Below are positions 1 through 10,777 of a stretch of DNA of 45,839 nucleotides, in pieces; the stretch's first letter is position 1; each line of letters opens with the position of its first letter. The notes under the pieces are model-generated. The model saw only the letters and a list, made by a program, of their open reading frames with translations, searched no databases and was not told the origin of the DNA. This DNA comes from Craspedostauros australis. Lineage: Eukaryota. The position numbers were made by a program, and so were the translations under genes. The stretch is from the NCBI GenBank assembly GCA_030167865.1, contig JALAGF010005797.1, positions 1-45,839 of the forward strand, in the 5' to 3' direction.

Positions 1-178
1 AGAGCTGTTGGGCATGACCCTTTCTTCTATCATGCTAATCATGTCAAGGGCTGGGATCTTACAGCCAAGCAGTCTTTGCAGTTCAATGCAATCACTCTTG
101 TGATTCAAACATAAGCTGCAATGAACCTCTTGACAGGCATCTGTGATTGGTAGTCTCCAATCCCTTGTAGCTTGATAA

Positions 179-254
179 TTCTCACTTGGTCTTGGTTCGT
201 ACCCAGGGGTACGCGCTTCGCGTTGGCGGACAGTCGTGAGAAAACCAAGACCAA
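179..254. repeat. Nested/permuted inverted-repeat cluster, possible transposon terminus
   Basis: TTGGTCTTGGTT (186-197) is the reverse complement of AACCAAGACCAA (243-254); TTCTCAC (179-185) of GTGAGAA (236-242); internal hairpin CGTACCC-AG-GGGTACG (198-213). The preceding 1-197 contains no CpG. Confidence 0.55.
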
Positions 255-303
255 ATATTTTNGNGGGGAAATTGTCAAATTGGACTAATCCGATTACAAG
301 GAA

Positions 304-375
304 ACTCCGAAGAGTGTCCTGCTGTCGGACGTCCAGGGCCTCATGTTGTAACTCGTATCCACGACTCCGAAGAGT
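304..375. repeat. Two direct copies of the mini-hairpin ACTC-CGAA-GAGT, 60 nt apart
   Basis: ACTCCGAAGAGT at 304-315 and 364-375. Confidence 0.6.
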
Positions 376-1083
376 TTCTTCACGCCACGTTCTTGGGCTC
401 GGCAGGAAACGTGAACTTTGGACTGGATGGCACCTGCTCTCTCTCTCTCTCTACCAACGGGGAGAGAGACAACATAATATATTATATTACCATGCAATCG
501 CGAGTGCTATCCGATTGCCATAGAAACTGCAACACATGCAGAATACTCTGATACAATGATATAATACCATATGGCAGACGAATACGAGTGTACTCCAGTG
601 TATCACTTCTGAATAACGGTCGTTTTGTTCTCTCTCTCTCTCTTTCTCTCTCGAGCGGTTCCAAATCATTCTCGATTCGAGCGTTCCTCTCCATGTCGGA
701 ACACATCATGTTCAGAAATCTTGATGGATGCTTGCTCTCTCGAGACGAGGCGAAGATAAAGCGAGGAAAGAAATGCAACGCCATGCTGCCAAGCACTGTC
801 CGCAACGCAGGGACAAGGATAGGCTGTGGAGCGATGTTACTATTGGTCCGCACGAGTACTGTGGCTTGCAAGTGAGGCAGAGAACAAAGAGGAGCGAGAG
901 CTCCATAGATGGATCGATAAATCGACTCAGTACCCGGACCTAGCTCACATACAAGTGTATGCTACACCATGTTCGCAAATGCTCCTTGGGTGCGAAGTTT
1001 TGTTCTGAAATAGAGTGATCTATGCACTACGATTAGTAACGTAGGTAGGGTACGTTGCGTTGGAGATTGCTCCCCAGAGTACT

Positions 1084-2319
1084 CTAGTTGGATGCGGTGG
1101 ACGAGTATCGTTTGCACTCATCGATCAACCAACCGACGGACTCCTCCGGCGTTCCCTGCATGACGCCATGCCCCAAGTTGAGCAGGTGCTTGCTTCCTGG
1201 ACCTCCTGCCTTGTCGATGCATTCTCGGACAGATTCCTCGATCTGCTCCTTGGTGCCGAACAGGATGGTCGGGTCGATGTTGCCACTGATGGGGATATCC
1301 GGTCCCAGGATCTCGCGTGCCTGTGCCATGTCCACGTGCCAGTCCACTGCGATCATGTCGGCTCCCATGTCCTTCTGGTATTCCAGGTAGGACGATCCTC
1401 CGTTGGCGAAGTAGATGACAGGCACGTCGGGATACTTGTCCTTCACGATCTTCATGGCCTTCATGGAAGCTGGCTTGGCGTAGAGCTCGAACCATTTGGG
1501 GCTCACCTGGTGGGCCCAGGACTCGAAGAATTGCACCACCTGCGCGCCGCACTCGATCTGGTGGCATGCGTAGTTGCCGATCATGACGGCCAGCTTGTCC
1601 AAGAACAGCGTCATGGTGGCGTCCGTGCCTGCGTTGTCGGCCATGATGAGCTTCTTCGTGTCCAGGCAGTGCTTGGAGGACTTGCCTTCGATGGTGTAGG
1701 CGGCCAGCGTGAACGGGGCGCCGACAAAGCCGATGAGGGACGTGTTGGCATCCTCCGCCTCCTTCGACAGAGTCTGAAGGATCTCGCGAATGAACGGGAG
1801 CTTCTCGTCGAAGTCCACGTCGCTGGCGTCGGCCAGATTGTTCACATCAGCTTCGCACCCGATCTCGGTGGAGATGACAGGTCCCACTCCCGCAACCACG
1901 TCGAAGTCGATTCCAAGAGTAGGCAGCGGTGTGAGAATGTCAGAGAACATGATGATGCCGTCCATGCCGTACTTTCTGTGGCATTGCAAGCTCAGCTCGG
2001 TCGCCATCGCCGGTGTCTCCGACCGCTCGCGGAACGCGTATTTCGTTGAGTACTCGCGGAACGCAGCCATGTAGCGTCCGGCCTGTCTCATCAGCCACAC
2101 CGGAGTTCGCTCGGTGACCTCACCTCGTGCGGCGCGCACAAGGATGTCTCTGTCTCCAGGTTCCTGACAGTGCGAGTGCTCGATTGTGACATCCTCCGTT
2201 GTGGTGGATTGCTGGAGCGCTCCGGCCGATGAACGAGCTGAGTGGAGGCTGGCCGGTGTGAATGCATGTGAGGCGGGGCAGAACGCCAGCAGGATGGCGA
2301 AGAGCGGCGTGGTTCTCAT
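1084..2319 (-). CDS. hemE: Uroporphyrinogen III decarboxylase, plastid-targeted (411 aa, single exon)
   Basis: Motifs PVWLMRQAGRY, IMFSDIL, LIGFVGAPFTLAAY and NLGHG. N-terminal signal peptide ending ASHA-FTP (diatom ASAF-type) followed by a Ser-rich transit peptide. Confidence 0.96.
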   Translation of the reverse strand: MRTTPLFAILLAFCPASHAFTPASLHSARSSAGALQQSTTTEDVTIEHSHCQEPGDRDILVRAARGEVTERTPVWLMRQAGRYMAAFREYSTKYAFRERSETPAMATELSLQCHRKYGMDGIIMFSDILTPLPTLGIDFDVVAGVGPVISTEIGCEADVNNLADASDVDFDEKLPFIREILQTLSKEAEDANTSLIGFVGAPFTLAAYTIEGKSSKHCLDTKKLIMADNAGTDATMTLFLDKLAVMIGNYACHQIECGAQVVQFFESWAHQVSPKWFELYAKPASMKAMKIVKDKYPDVPVIYFANGGSSYLEYQKDMGADMIAVDWHVDMAQAREILGPDIPISGNIDPTILFGTKEQIEESVRECIDKAGGPGSKHLLNLGHGVMQGTPEESVGWLIDECKRYSSTASN

Positions 2320-3016
2320 GATAGGTTCGAGTATCAGTACTGGTGCCGAGGGTGTGGTATGTGGAGTGGATCACTCGAGAGAGAGTATGTAAATGTGGGT
2401 GTTGGGCAAGGGTACTCAAGAGAATAGAGCTGAGTGGAGTATGGTATGGTATGTCCCCACCGATTGTACTTTGGCTTCGGCTTCGGCTTGTTTGGAAGAC
2501 TCCTTGTTGTTGTTGTGGTGGGTGTTGAGTAACCGAGATCTTCTCTGTATTGCTTGGTTGCTCCTGTGTGTGTCTCCAACCATTCTTTGTTTGACGTTGC
2601 GTTTCGGAACTTCAACTTGGGGATGATCGATGAGTCGATTGAGTCGTTCACATGCCACGTGACAAACATGACCCGCTTGAGTGACAATCGTAGCGTGGAC
2701 GGAGGTTAGCTCGAAGTTTCTCTGTTGGCGAGGAAGAAGGACCGCGAAACAACCGCGCGGCACTGAGTCGGGAACGGCATCAGCTGCAAGCGGCTGCAGT
2801 TGGATGCAGCCACCGGGGCCTCATCAAGTCGTTGCGAATCTATGGCAACGCTTTTACAGACAATTCCGAAACGCAATAACGATCCATCAAAAGTTTCCGA
2901 GGAAAGCAACCATCAGCCAAGCCGCTAACTTATTCTCGTGAGGTTAGCTTCTCTGGTTTCCGCTGAAGTACTTGACTGGTGCATAAGCACAAACCGTCCT
3001 CTGTCTCTACTCGTAT

Positions 3017-4197
3017 CTAGAACACGCCAAATTTCCTTTGTGTGTCAGAAGAGTCGCTGCTTGCCTCATCTTGATTGAGCTCCGGGTGCTGAGACTTCTG
3101 TCGCGAAAGTTCCGAAGAAATTTGGTCCAAGAGATAGTCGCCCAACTCGTTGCCCTCACGCATCTTCGCTTCGAGTCGGAGCTCGTCGTCGGATAGGGCA
3201 AGCAGCCGATCCAGCTTCTCGACAAGGAGAGGGATCTTCTTGGGCCCGCATGGGAAGCAGTCCAGCATGTCGCCGCGCCAAAATATCATCACGGTGGGGA
3301 GCTTGAGGATGCCAAATGACTGGCACAGCAACAGGTTCTGCCCATACTCCAGCTCGCCAAACCGGACGCTGCCCTCCCGAACAACTTCGTTCCGCTCATC
3401 AACGCTGATCAAATCGCCGTGCTCACCACCCAACCGCCGCAGCTGGAGGCCAACCTTTTGGCAGCTCTTGCACCAATGGGCATACACTCTGTGTAGAGCA
3501 AGGCAAGTGCAGATTTAGAGCGATGGAATTTGGTCGTGTTAGAGCAGCAGAATGGTGTCACATTCATCAAGACCACGCCACACAATAGGTCGCTGTGTGT
3601 CCATGCGCGCGTGGTAGAGGTCCACAGGAATGTATCATCACATAATACACCATGTAATGTAACAACACACAATGAATGATTTGCTGTCTCAACGTGCAGA
3701 AACACAGCATCACTTTCTCACCAGGGCATGAGCGTGATGCGGCACAATCACGCACAATTGCTTATCCTGTGTAATATAATAGAATAGATCGCAAACAGAA
3801 GGCGATCAACGGCACGGAGCAACTCCAGTGTAAGCACTCTGAAGAACAGCCCCACCAATCCGATATCTTACCTGATCACGCAAATGCGACCATCTTCCTG
3901 CAGGAATTCATCGAACATGTTGTCATCCTCGATGCTGCGAAGATCGATGCGCGTCTTTCCTTTCACCGTTTCGTCACTGCTGTTGGAGCTTGACTCCTGT
4001 GGCTCCGTCCCCATGTGCTGATCATCGGCAACGCCACCATGCAACGCTGTCCTCTGTGCGGAGGCCAGTGTCGCGTGTGGCGCCGAGCTGAGTGCCTGTG
4101 GACAAAACGCCGACGCACGTGAGCATGCGACGAAGCCCAAAATCGCCAACGTTCGCTGTGCGAGGCACTTGGTGCGTCTCATTGCGGCGGGCATCAT
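3017..4197 (-). CDS. Atypical thioredoxin-like protein (WCKSC), plastid-targeted; 2 exons (4197-3872, 3488-3017), about 265 aa
   Basis: GT-AG intron 3871-3489 joins ...GRICVIR to VYAHWCKSCQK in frame. Cis-Pro region GILKLPTVMIF; presequence ...ACSRASA-FCP. Start chosen at MMPAAMRR. Confidence 0.85.
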
Positions 4198-5262
4198 CTT
4201 CAGCGGTGCGGGACAGTCAGGGATCTGCTTTGGCAGTGATTTCGGCGATGGCTGTATAATACTCTCTCGAGAGTACGAATATGACCCTGTGTTCGTACGA
4301 GTGTGCCCTCTTTGCTTTGCTTGCTTTGGCTTGGCTTGGCTTTGTCGCGTTGTGAGTGATGACGAAACTCTCTGTGTGGTTGCAGCCAACCAACCGACGA
4401 CGAAACTCGATGCTGCGCGAGCTGGTGCAACCGAGAGGAGAGACGCTTGTCACCCACGGTGCGAGTACGAACTCGTATGTAGTCGTACACAAGCTTCATG
4501 CTGCATCCCTCCGAGCCAAGAGGAGACGAAAGAACGACAGTTGCGCAAAAAATCTGCCGTTGTGTGTCTGCCCATCACGGTTTTGCCGGAGCGAACGAGA
4601 ACAGGGGGAAGAACAGAGCGAAATGATTCCACCCATCACGACGAATGCGAACTGTATTCCACATTGCGTACTTGTGGAACAGTATATTATATTACCGGTG
4701 TACCCAAAATCACATATACCTCAATAATCGTACTTTTTAGAAGCGAAGTTTGGGTGCCTTCAATCGGATATGATAACGTTCATAACGGTCACATCTGAAC
4801 AATGCCCATTCACCATCGCTGAAATTGTGAGAACATGCCTCGCACGCAGCGGACGCGACAACAATTGGGGTTCAGGCGCCAGCAATGCACAAAGAAGCGG
4901 CAAAAGCAAGCGCAGAGGAAGAGCACCAACACGAATCGAAGATCAACATCAGCGTGCCACCGCTGCATGGCAGCATCGGACGACAACATCACAACCTCGG
5001 CACCGTTGTCGTGCTCAACAACAACAACACCAACCGCAACAGCGTCCATCGCGACTTTCCGCTCACAACCTCGCAATTGCGCACCGCACCAGCTGAGAAT
5101 CGTTCTGATCCGTCGATCCACCTCCTCAACAACCGCCCAACAACCTCCCACCCTCAACATAGCAACAGCGCTAACAGTGTCCTGCAAATTATTCATCCAG
5201 GCTTCCTGTGCTTGCACCATCGACATCACAAATACGGTACATCGGCAAGGAACAGACGCAAA

Positions 5263-6891
5263 ATGAAGTTCATTGGATTGGCGCTCTCGGCGCTCGTGTA
5301 TGCATCAAGAGTCACAGAAGTGATGGCAGAGAGGGCCTCGATAAAGCCCGCGGCGACGTTGCGAAAGGGCGACATCGACCAATTGCTCAGCTCCATGGAC
5401 GTCAGCAACGTTCGCGCCTTCAACGATGCAGTGATGATCCGAGACCTTGAGCAAAGCGGGGCGGGATACTACAACAGGTATTACTACGAAATCGCACAGA
5501 ATCGCGAATCCTCCACGTTCCCCATCACAGGCAACTACACCGTCAAGTTCGATCAGTGCCTGTCTCTGGCTGTGGGTGACGCCAGCCTTCTGAATGAGGA
5601 GTACATTGGGTACGCTCAGGACGGGACCATCCGAGCGGAGCAAAGCTTCGTCATGTTCGGCATCTGCCAGAGCGACAACTGTGAATTCGACGATGACAAC
5701 GAGTCGACCAACTTCATCGTCCCGTTGGAGTCATTCGTGATGAGCCTGCTTCAATATGAACCCAACAAAAGGAGCCAGTACTGCGAGGCCTGTCAGCAGG
5801 AATACTCGTACTGCAAGAACGGGCAGGGCAAGAACTACGACGATATCGACCCGGATGATCCCACCTTCTTCTACTACCACGGCACACGGTACGAACTCAT
5901 CAACTGCCAGCGTTGCGACGAGTACAACTGCTACAGTGACAACGCCAATGGCAACGCCAACGGGCAGTTCGCATCCGAGAACGAAGAATTCTGGTACTAC
6001 ATGAGTCAGTGGATGCAAAACATCGCCAGCTGCAGCAGCATCGACAACGCACAGTGGAACAACCTCAATCTCTACGCTGGGATGGTCTGCAGCGAGGACG
6101 GTAGCGGGATCGACGTCGGCGTCTTCGTGGATGACAACTGCAGGATCCGTAACACAGCCATTCCCTACACAACCGCCATCAAGAACGAGGACGAATACAT
6201 CTTCTACTACAAGACCGGGGAGGTGACTGATGTCGTGTTCAACGGTGCTGTGGACTGCAACGGCGAGAGCATCCAGTACGTCAACGCCTACCAGCCGGTG
6301 TACGCGGAGGATGGAAGCAGCTACGGTGACAACGCCTGCGAGAAGGACGAGGACGGCAATGTCAACAACGAGTACCTATGCAGCCAATACCAGAGCATGT
6401 CCAACAAGCAAGCCACGACGACAGATCGGCGTGCCAACCAGGCATGCCAGACCTTGTTCGGAACCTACGGGTACTCGTACGCCATGTCCATGAAGACATG
6501 CCGAGAGAAGGCGACCTCGAGCGACCGACAAACATGGTCATCAACCAACCCCAAGGATTGGCGCAATTCTGGTCTTTACGAATACGACCTCACTGCCGAG
6601 CAGGTGCTCAACATGAACATTGTGTGCGAAGAGGTGTCGCAAGGTTACAAGAAGGGCGCGTACGCCACCGGGCAAGGATCCCGTTACAACAGCGACGGCA
6701 GCCGAAAATCCATCTTTCCGCACCTGTCCCAGGGCGGCATGATCCTCACCATCGCCCTCGTCACCGTCATCGCGGCGGCCGCGATGGCCGTCTTCATCCG
6801 GCTTCGCATCAGGAAGCAGCAGGAGGGTGATGCCGTGTTCCCCGAAGCCGGGAACGGTGCATCCGGCAAAAAATTGCCTCTCATGACCTAA
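5263..6891 (+). CDS. Silicanin-1-like type I membrane protein (paralog A), 542 aa
   Basis: Signal peptide MKFIGLALSALVYAS; RXL propeptide site (IRDLE); N/Q/Y/D-rich Cys-patterned luminal domain (ITGNYTVKFDQC, YCEAC..YC, CQRCDEYNCY, LYAGMVCSEDGSGIDVGVFVDDNC); single C-terminal TM (MILTIALVTVIAAAAMAVFI); short basic tail. The ORF-track start at 4885 lies in a C/A-rich leader. Confidence 0.82.
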   Translation: MKFIGLALSALVYASRVTEVMAERASIKPAATLRKGDIDQLLSSMDVSNVRAFNDAVMIRDLEQSGAGYYNRYYYEIAQNRESSTFPITGNYTVKFDQCLSLAVGDASLLNEEYIGYAQDGTIRAEQSFVMFGICQSDNCEFDDDNESTNFIVPLESFVMSLLQYEPNKRSQYCEACQQEYSYCKNGQGKNYDDIDPDDPTFFYYHGTRYELINCQRCDEYNCYSDNANGNANGQFASENEEFWYYMSQWMQNIASCSSIDNAQWNNLNLYAGMVCSEDGSGIDVGVFVDDNCRIRNTAIPYTTAIKNEDEYIFYYKTGEVTDVVFNGAVDCNGESIQYVNAYQPVYAEDGSSYGDNACEKDEDGNVNNEYLCSQYQSMSNKQATTTDRRANQACQTLFGTYGYSYAMSMKTCREKATSSDRQTWSSTNPKDWRNSGLYEYDLTAEQVLNMNIVCEEVSQGYKKGAYATGQGSRYNSDGSRKSIFPHLSQGGMILTIALVTVIAAAAMAVFIRLRIRKQQEGDAVFPEAGNGASGKKLPLMT

Positions 6892-7940
6892 GCACCGCGA
6901 TCTCTGAATACTCTGTGGCGGTGGCGGTGGGCAGTGGCTATTGCTTTGGTTGAAAACGAAAGCAAGGCAAGGCAAGGCAACTCAGTGCGATGCAACATAA
7001 CGCAACGCAAAGGACCGAATGCATTTTACAATAGTAATTGATAGGAATAGATGTTCAACAAACTACACGCGCGTGCACGAAGCTATCTCCCTCTACATAC
7101 TGCTTGTGCGAAGTGGAGCAGTGGGATGGATTACTTGCTCGAAACTCTTGGTCTCTCCTTTCTCTCTGTCGAGCGAGGGGAGACCAAGAGAAGATCACAC
7201 GCATTCCTTTGTTCTCTTCCAAAGAAAGACAGTCCACCAAAGAGTGTAGCGAATAGACTCTCTGTCTCTCTCTCTCCCTCTCTCTCCACAGAAAGAAAGA
7301 GAGAAGAGGGAGAGAGAAGAGCCCACTCCACATAAACATTCGTTTCACGGATCCGTAGAAACGGGAGGAAACAACCATCGCCACCAACGTCATCAACAGC
7401 GACGATCGCCGGGCGTGACAGCAAGGCGGACGTGCCTCCTTGGCCGTGACGAAACATATGGCCTCGCCAATTGGCGTAAATACGCAAACACATGGTACAA
7501 AAATAACCATAACCGTTATAATATCCATGTGCAATCAGAAATGATGTGGCATTTGCGATCGCAGAAAATGTGGCAACTGCGGAACAGGCCATCACTGCGC
7601 AACAAGCCAATCGCCCAGCAACAGTTCCCAATGCGCGCAACAACACAGCGGAAGAAATCAACCTCGGACCTTGCAGTTCCTACCACCAATGCAACGAGCA
7701 ACAACACCAACACAGGCATCAGGGACAAGATCTCCAAGCACTGCACTGAACTGCACTGTACTACACTTCATTCTACCACTGTACGAGTGCACGTAGCTGG
7801 GGAAGGCACCGTTCCCAGCATAGAACCAGCGAACGGCTGAACCACAAGCTCAAAGCTATCCACAGACAGGCCATACTCCGCGAACATTACCCACGCGTCC
7901 ACACGAAGCAAACAGATTGAGGACTCTACAATTCTGCACC

Positions 7941-10018
7941 ATGAAGTTCCTTGGGAATGCCATCCGGGCCCTGCTTCTGAGCACTGTCGCCTTTAGCACC
8001 GCAGCTGGAAAGGGCCAATCGCTCTCTTCCCGCGACATCCAGTCCAGACTTGATTCTGGACGCTTCGACAAGAGGCACCTCCTGCGAAATGCCATCCCGT
8101 ACAGCTCCATGCGCCATCTGGACCAGGACAACGACAACAACAATGGCAACCAAAACGGCAACCAAGGATACTATGCCAACGGCAACAACAACAACAACGG
8201 AGACGGAGACGGAGGACAGCAAGACTTTGAGATCACTGGTGACTACCGGCTGCAGTTCAACAGCTGCATCACCATGAAGGTCGAGAACTACAACCTCATG
8301 CTTGACAACGTCATTGCGACCACCAAGGCGGGAAAGCTGCATTCCATCCAGAACTACATCGCCTTCGATATTTGCACGACCGACGGCTGCGACGATCAGC
8401 AGACCTTCCTCGTTGATCTCCAGACCTTCCTCGAGAGTCTGTTGAACTTCGTCCCGGCCTCTCGGCAATCCTATTGTCAGGCCTGCGTTACCTTCCAGAG
8501 CTACTGCAACCCCGATGACAACGATGACCAGCAGCAGGACGGAGATGACGACGCGGCTGCCGATGGTGACGCTGACGAGGATGCGGATGCGGCCGCCGAT
8601 GGTGACGAGGATGCCGACGCGGACGCAAATGGCGATGGCAACAGGCGCAAGCTGGAGAACAAGCTCGAAGGATACGCCGTCTTGGATTGTGACAAATGCG
8701 ACAGCTACAGCTGCTACCGCAACAGTGGTATGATCCAGTACAACGACGACGATGATGACAACGACGGCAACAACAACAATAACAACAACAACAACGATGC
8801 GGTGTACGAGTGGATCAAGGAGCTTGCCGAGTGCAGGGCCACCGGTAGCTACTGGAACAATCTGAACGTCTACGCCGGTTGGATGTGCAATGCACAAGGA
8901 ACTGGGATCGATATCGGCATGTTCCTCGACCAGTACTGCACCATGTATCACAACGGCCTCAAATTCGGTGACTACACCTCCGATGGCAGCGATTACCAGT
9001 ACATCTACCAGTCCCAAGACATCATCCCAGCCATGTTCCAGAGCTACATCGACTGCGGTGACAACCAGAACATCGGCTACGTGGACAAGGACACCTACAA
9101 CAATCTCTACTACAACTGCGCCAACAACGGACAGTGCAGCAACAATAACAACAACGACGACGATGGCAACGGCGATGCCGCCAACGACGCCTGCGTGGGG
9201 CTGTTCGAAGGCGGTGGCTTCGAGGCCATCGACATGGACAACTGCTACGGCTCCAACGAGGAGGTCGAGTACGAGGATGGCAACGAGTACGCCCAGCAAC
9301 AGAAGCAACAGTACCAGTACATCTACCAGTACAACAGCGACCTCTACCAGTACGACATCAGCATCGACCAGATCCAGGACAGACGCGCCGTCTGCAGCAT
9401 AGTCGAGCAAAAGTTCGAAGATGGGAACGGTAGCATCGAGAACGTGTTCGGCAACGACGGCGGATCCGGTTACTTCGACAGCAGCAGCGGCAAGAAACTC
9501 TTCGACAAGTCGAGGGGAGCCAACGGCGCCATCAGCCCGATCGCCGTCGTCTTCCTCGTCCTCTTTGCCGTCGGCGCAACAGCATTTGCGATGGTACGTT
9601 CACAAACCTGCATCCCAACCTCAACCTATCGCAGCCAGAATCACCGTCACTTGCGTGATGCATCAGGCATTGCTCTCCACCCAATACCAATGCGTTCACG
9701 ATCGCAATACGCATCTCCCGTAATTCTGTGTGTTCATCCAGCCTTCTCACAACGCCATTTCATCATGCTTCCCCCATCTCCTGTTCGTTTGCTCTCTTTG
9801 CCTCCCATGAACAACAAATATCAATACGCACTCCAATGTACAATACCACGCTATACCACGCAAATACACATCAGACACTCACCAAGCGCGTCATTCGAAA
9901 GCGACGCGCTCGCAAGTTCGCGAAGAAGGAGCAGGAGCTGCAGAACAAGCCACCCGAGTACTCGTCACCAGAAGTCTACAGCTCCGATTCCAAGAAGACC
10001 CCTCTCATCATCTCCTAA
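7941..10018 (+). CDS. Silicanin-1-like type I membrane protein (paralog B); 2 exons (7941-9593, 9875-10018), about 598 aa
   Basis: Signal peptide MKFLGNAIRALLLSTVAFSTAAG; RXL sites (MRHLD, RRKLE); poly-N/D tracts; same Cys blocks as paralog A; TM AISPIAVVFLVLFAVGATAFAM. A phase-0 GT-AG intron (9594-9874) leads to the basic tail TLTKRVIRKRRARKF...SKKTPLIIS. Confidence 0.85.
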
Positions 10019-10672
10019 ACGGAACCCATCAGCGCACCGCAGATGCAGGGATCCGTGAGGAGCTGGTGTGCCATATCCAATGTGCAATGTGCAACCACTG
10101 AATGTGTCTGTCCGTATTCCACGGATGTGGTAACACCCTTCGTGCACTTCTGGGGGGCCCGCGGCACCAGTATCAACCATCACACGCCATGCGACCAACA
10201 ACGACGCCGAAGACGACATTCATGGCACGGTACCAATTTGTTAACATTATAAATGTTGTTTCCTAAAATGCTCGTCCGTCTGCTCTATCTGTTGGTGCTC
10301 ATTTGTTTTTGTTCGTCAGCGGAGCAATGAACTTTTCCCCGCACACGGGAAGTTAGGGCTGTGGGTGCTGCAGCATCTCAACAGGGCTGCTCCACTCTCC
10401 TCTTCTCCTTCCGCTGCACCCACCCCCACCATCGTTGATCGTTGCACTCGCACGTACTTCTATGCCTGAGGAATAATCGCAACTTAACTTTCTCTCCTAA
10501 TACTTGACTTGACAAACACCGTCCACATATTGTTCTGCCAAGGCACTGTACTACTGTACCGTACTGGATTTGAGTGCGCTAGAGGCAACTCTCGAGTCTA
10601 GTGGAGTGGAAGCACCAGTATTTGGGAGCATACTCGAGCAGAGTGTCTGTTTCTAACCTTCTCTTGGTACTT

Positions 10673-10692
10673 CTCTCTCTCTCTCTCTCTCT
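10673..10692. repeat. (CT)10 microsatellite
   Basis: Read directly; similar CT/GA tracts at 437-452, about 630-652 and 7258-7322. Confidence 0.9.
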
Positions 10693-10777
10693 TTCGTTCG
10701 TCTGTTCGTCCGAGAGACAGAGGATTCCGTGCTCTTTCGTGTTCGTACTATATGGTAGAGTGTGCTGGTACGCACCC

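Noticed and set aside
4885..5262. 126-aa N-terminal extension of silicanin-like A (similarly 41493-41657, 17017-17190, 4198-4389)
   Set aside because: C/A-rich leaders are poor in stops; the signal peptide or conserved region starts at the downstream ATG.
7926..9410. 494-aa minus-strand ORF (also 1060-2049, 17260-17985, 20111-20590, 26954-27820, 32599-33312)
   Set aside because: Antisense shadows of real genes caused by codon bias; V/L/H-rich translations with no motifs.
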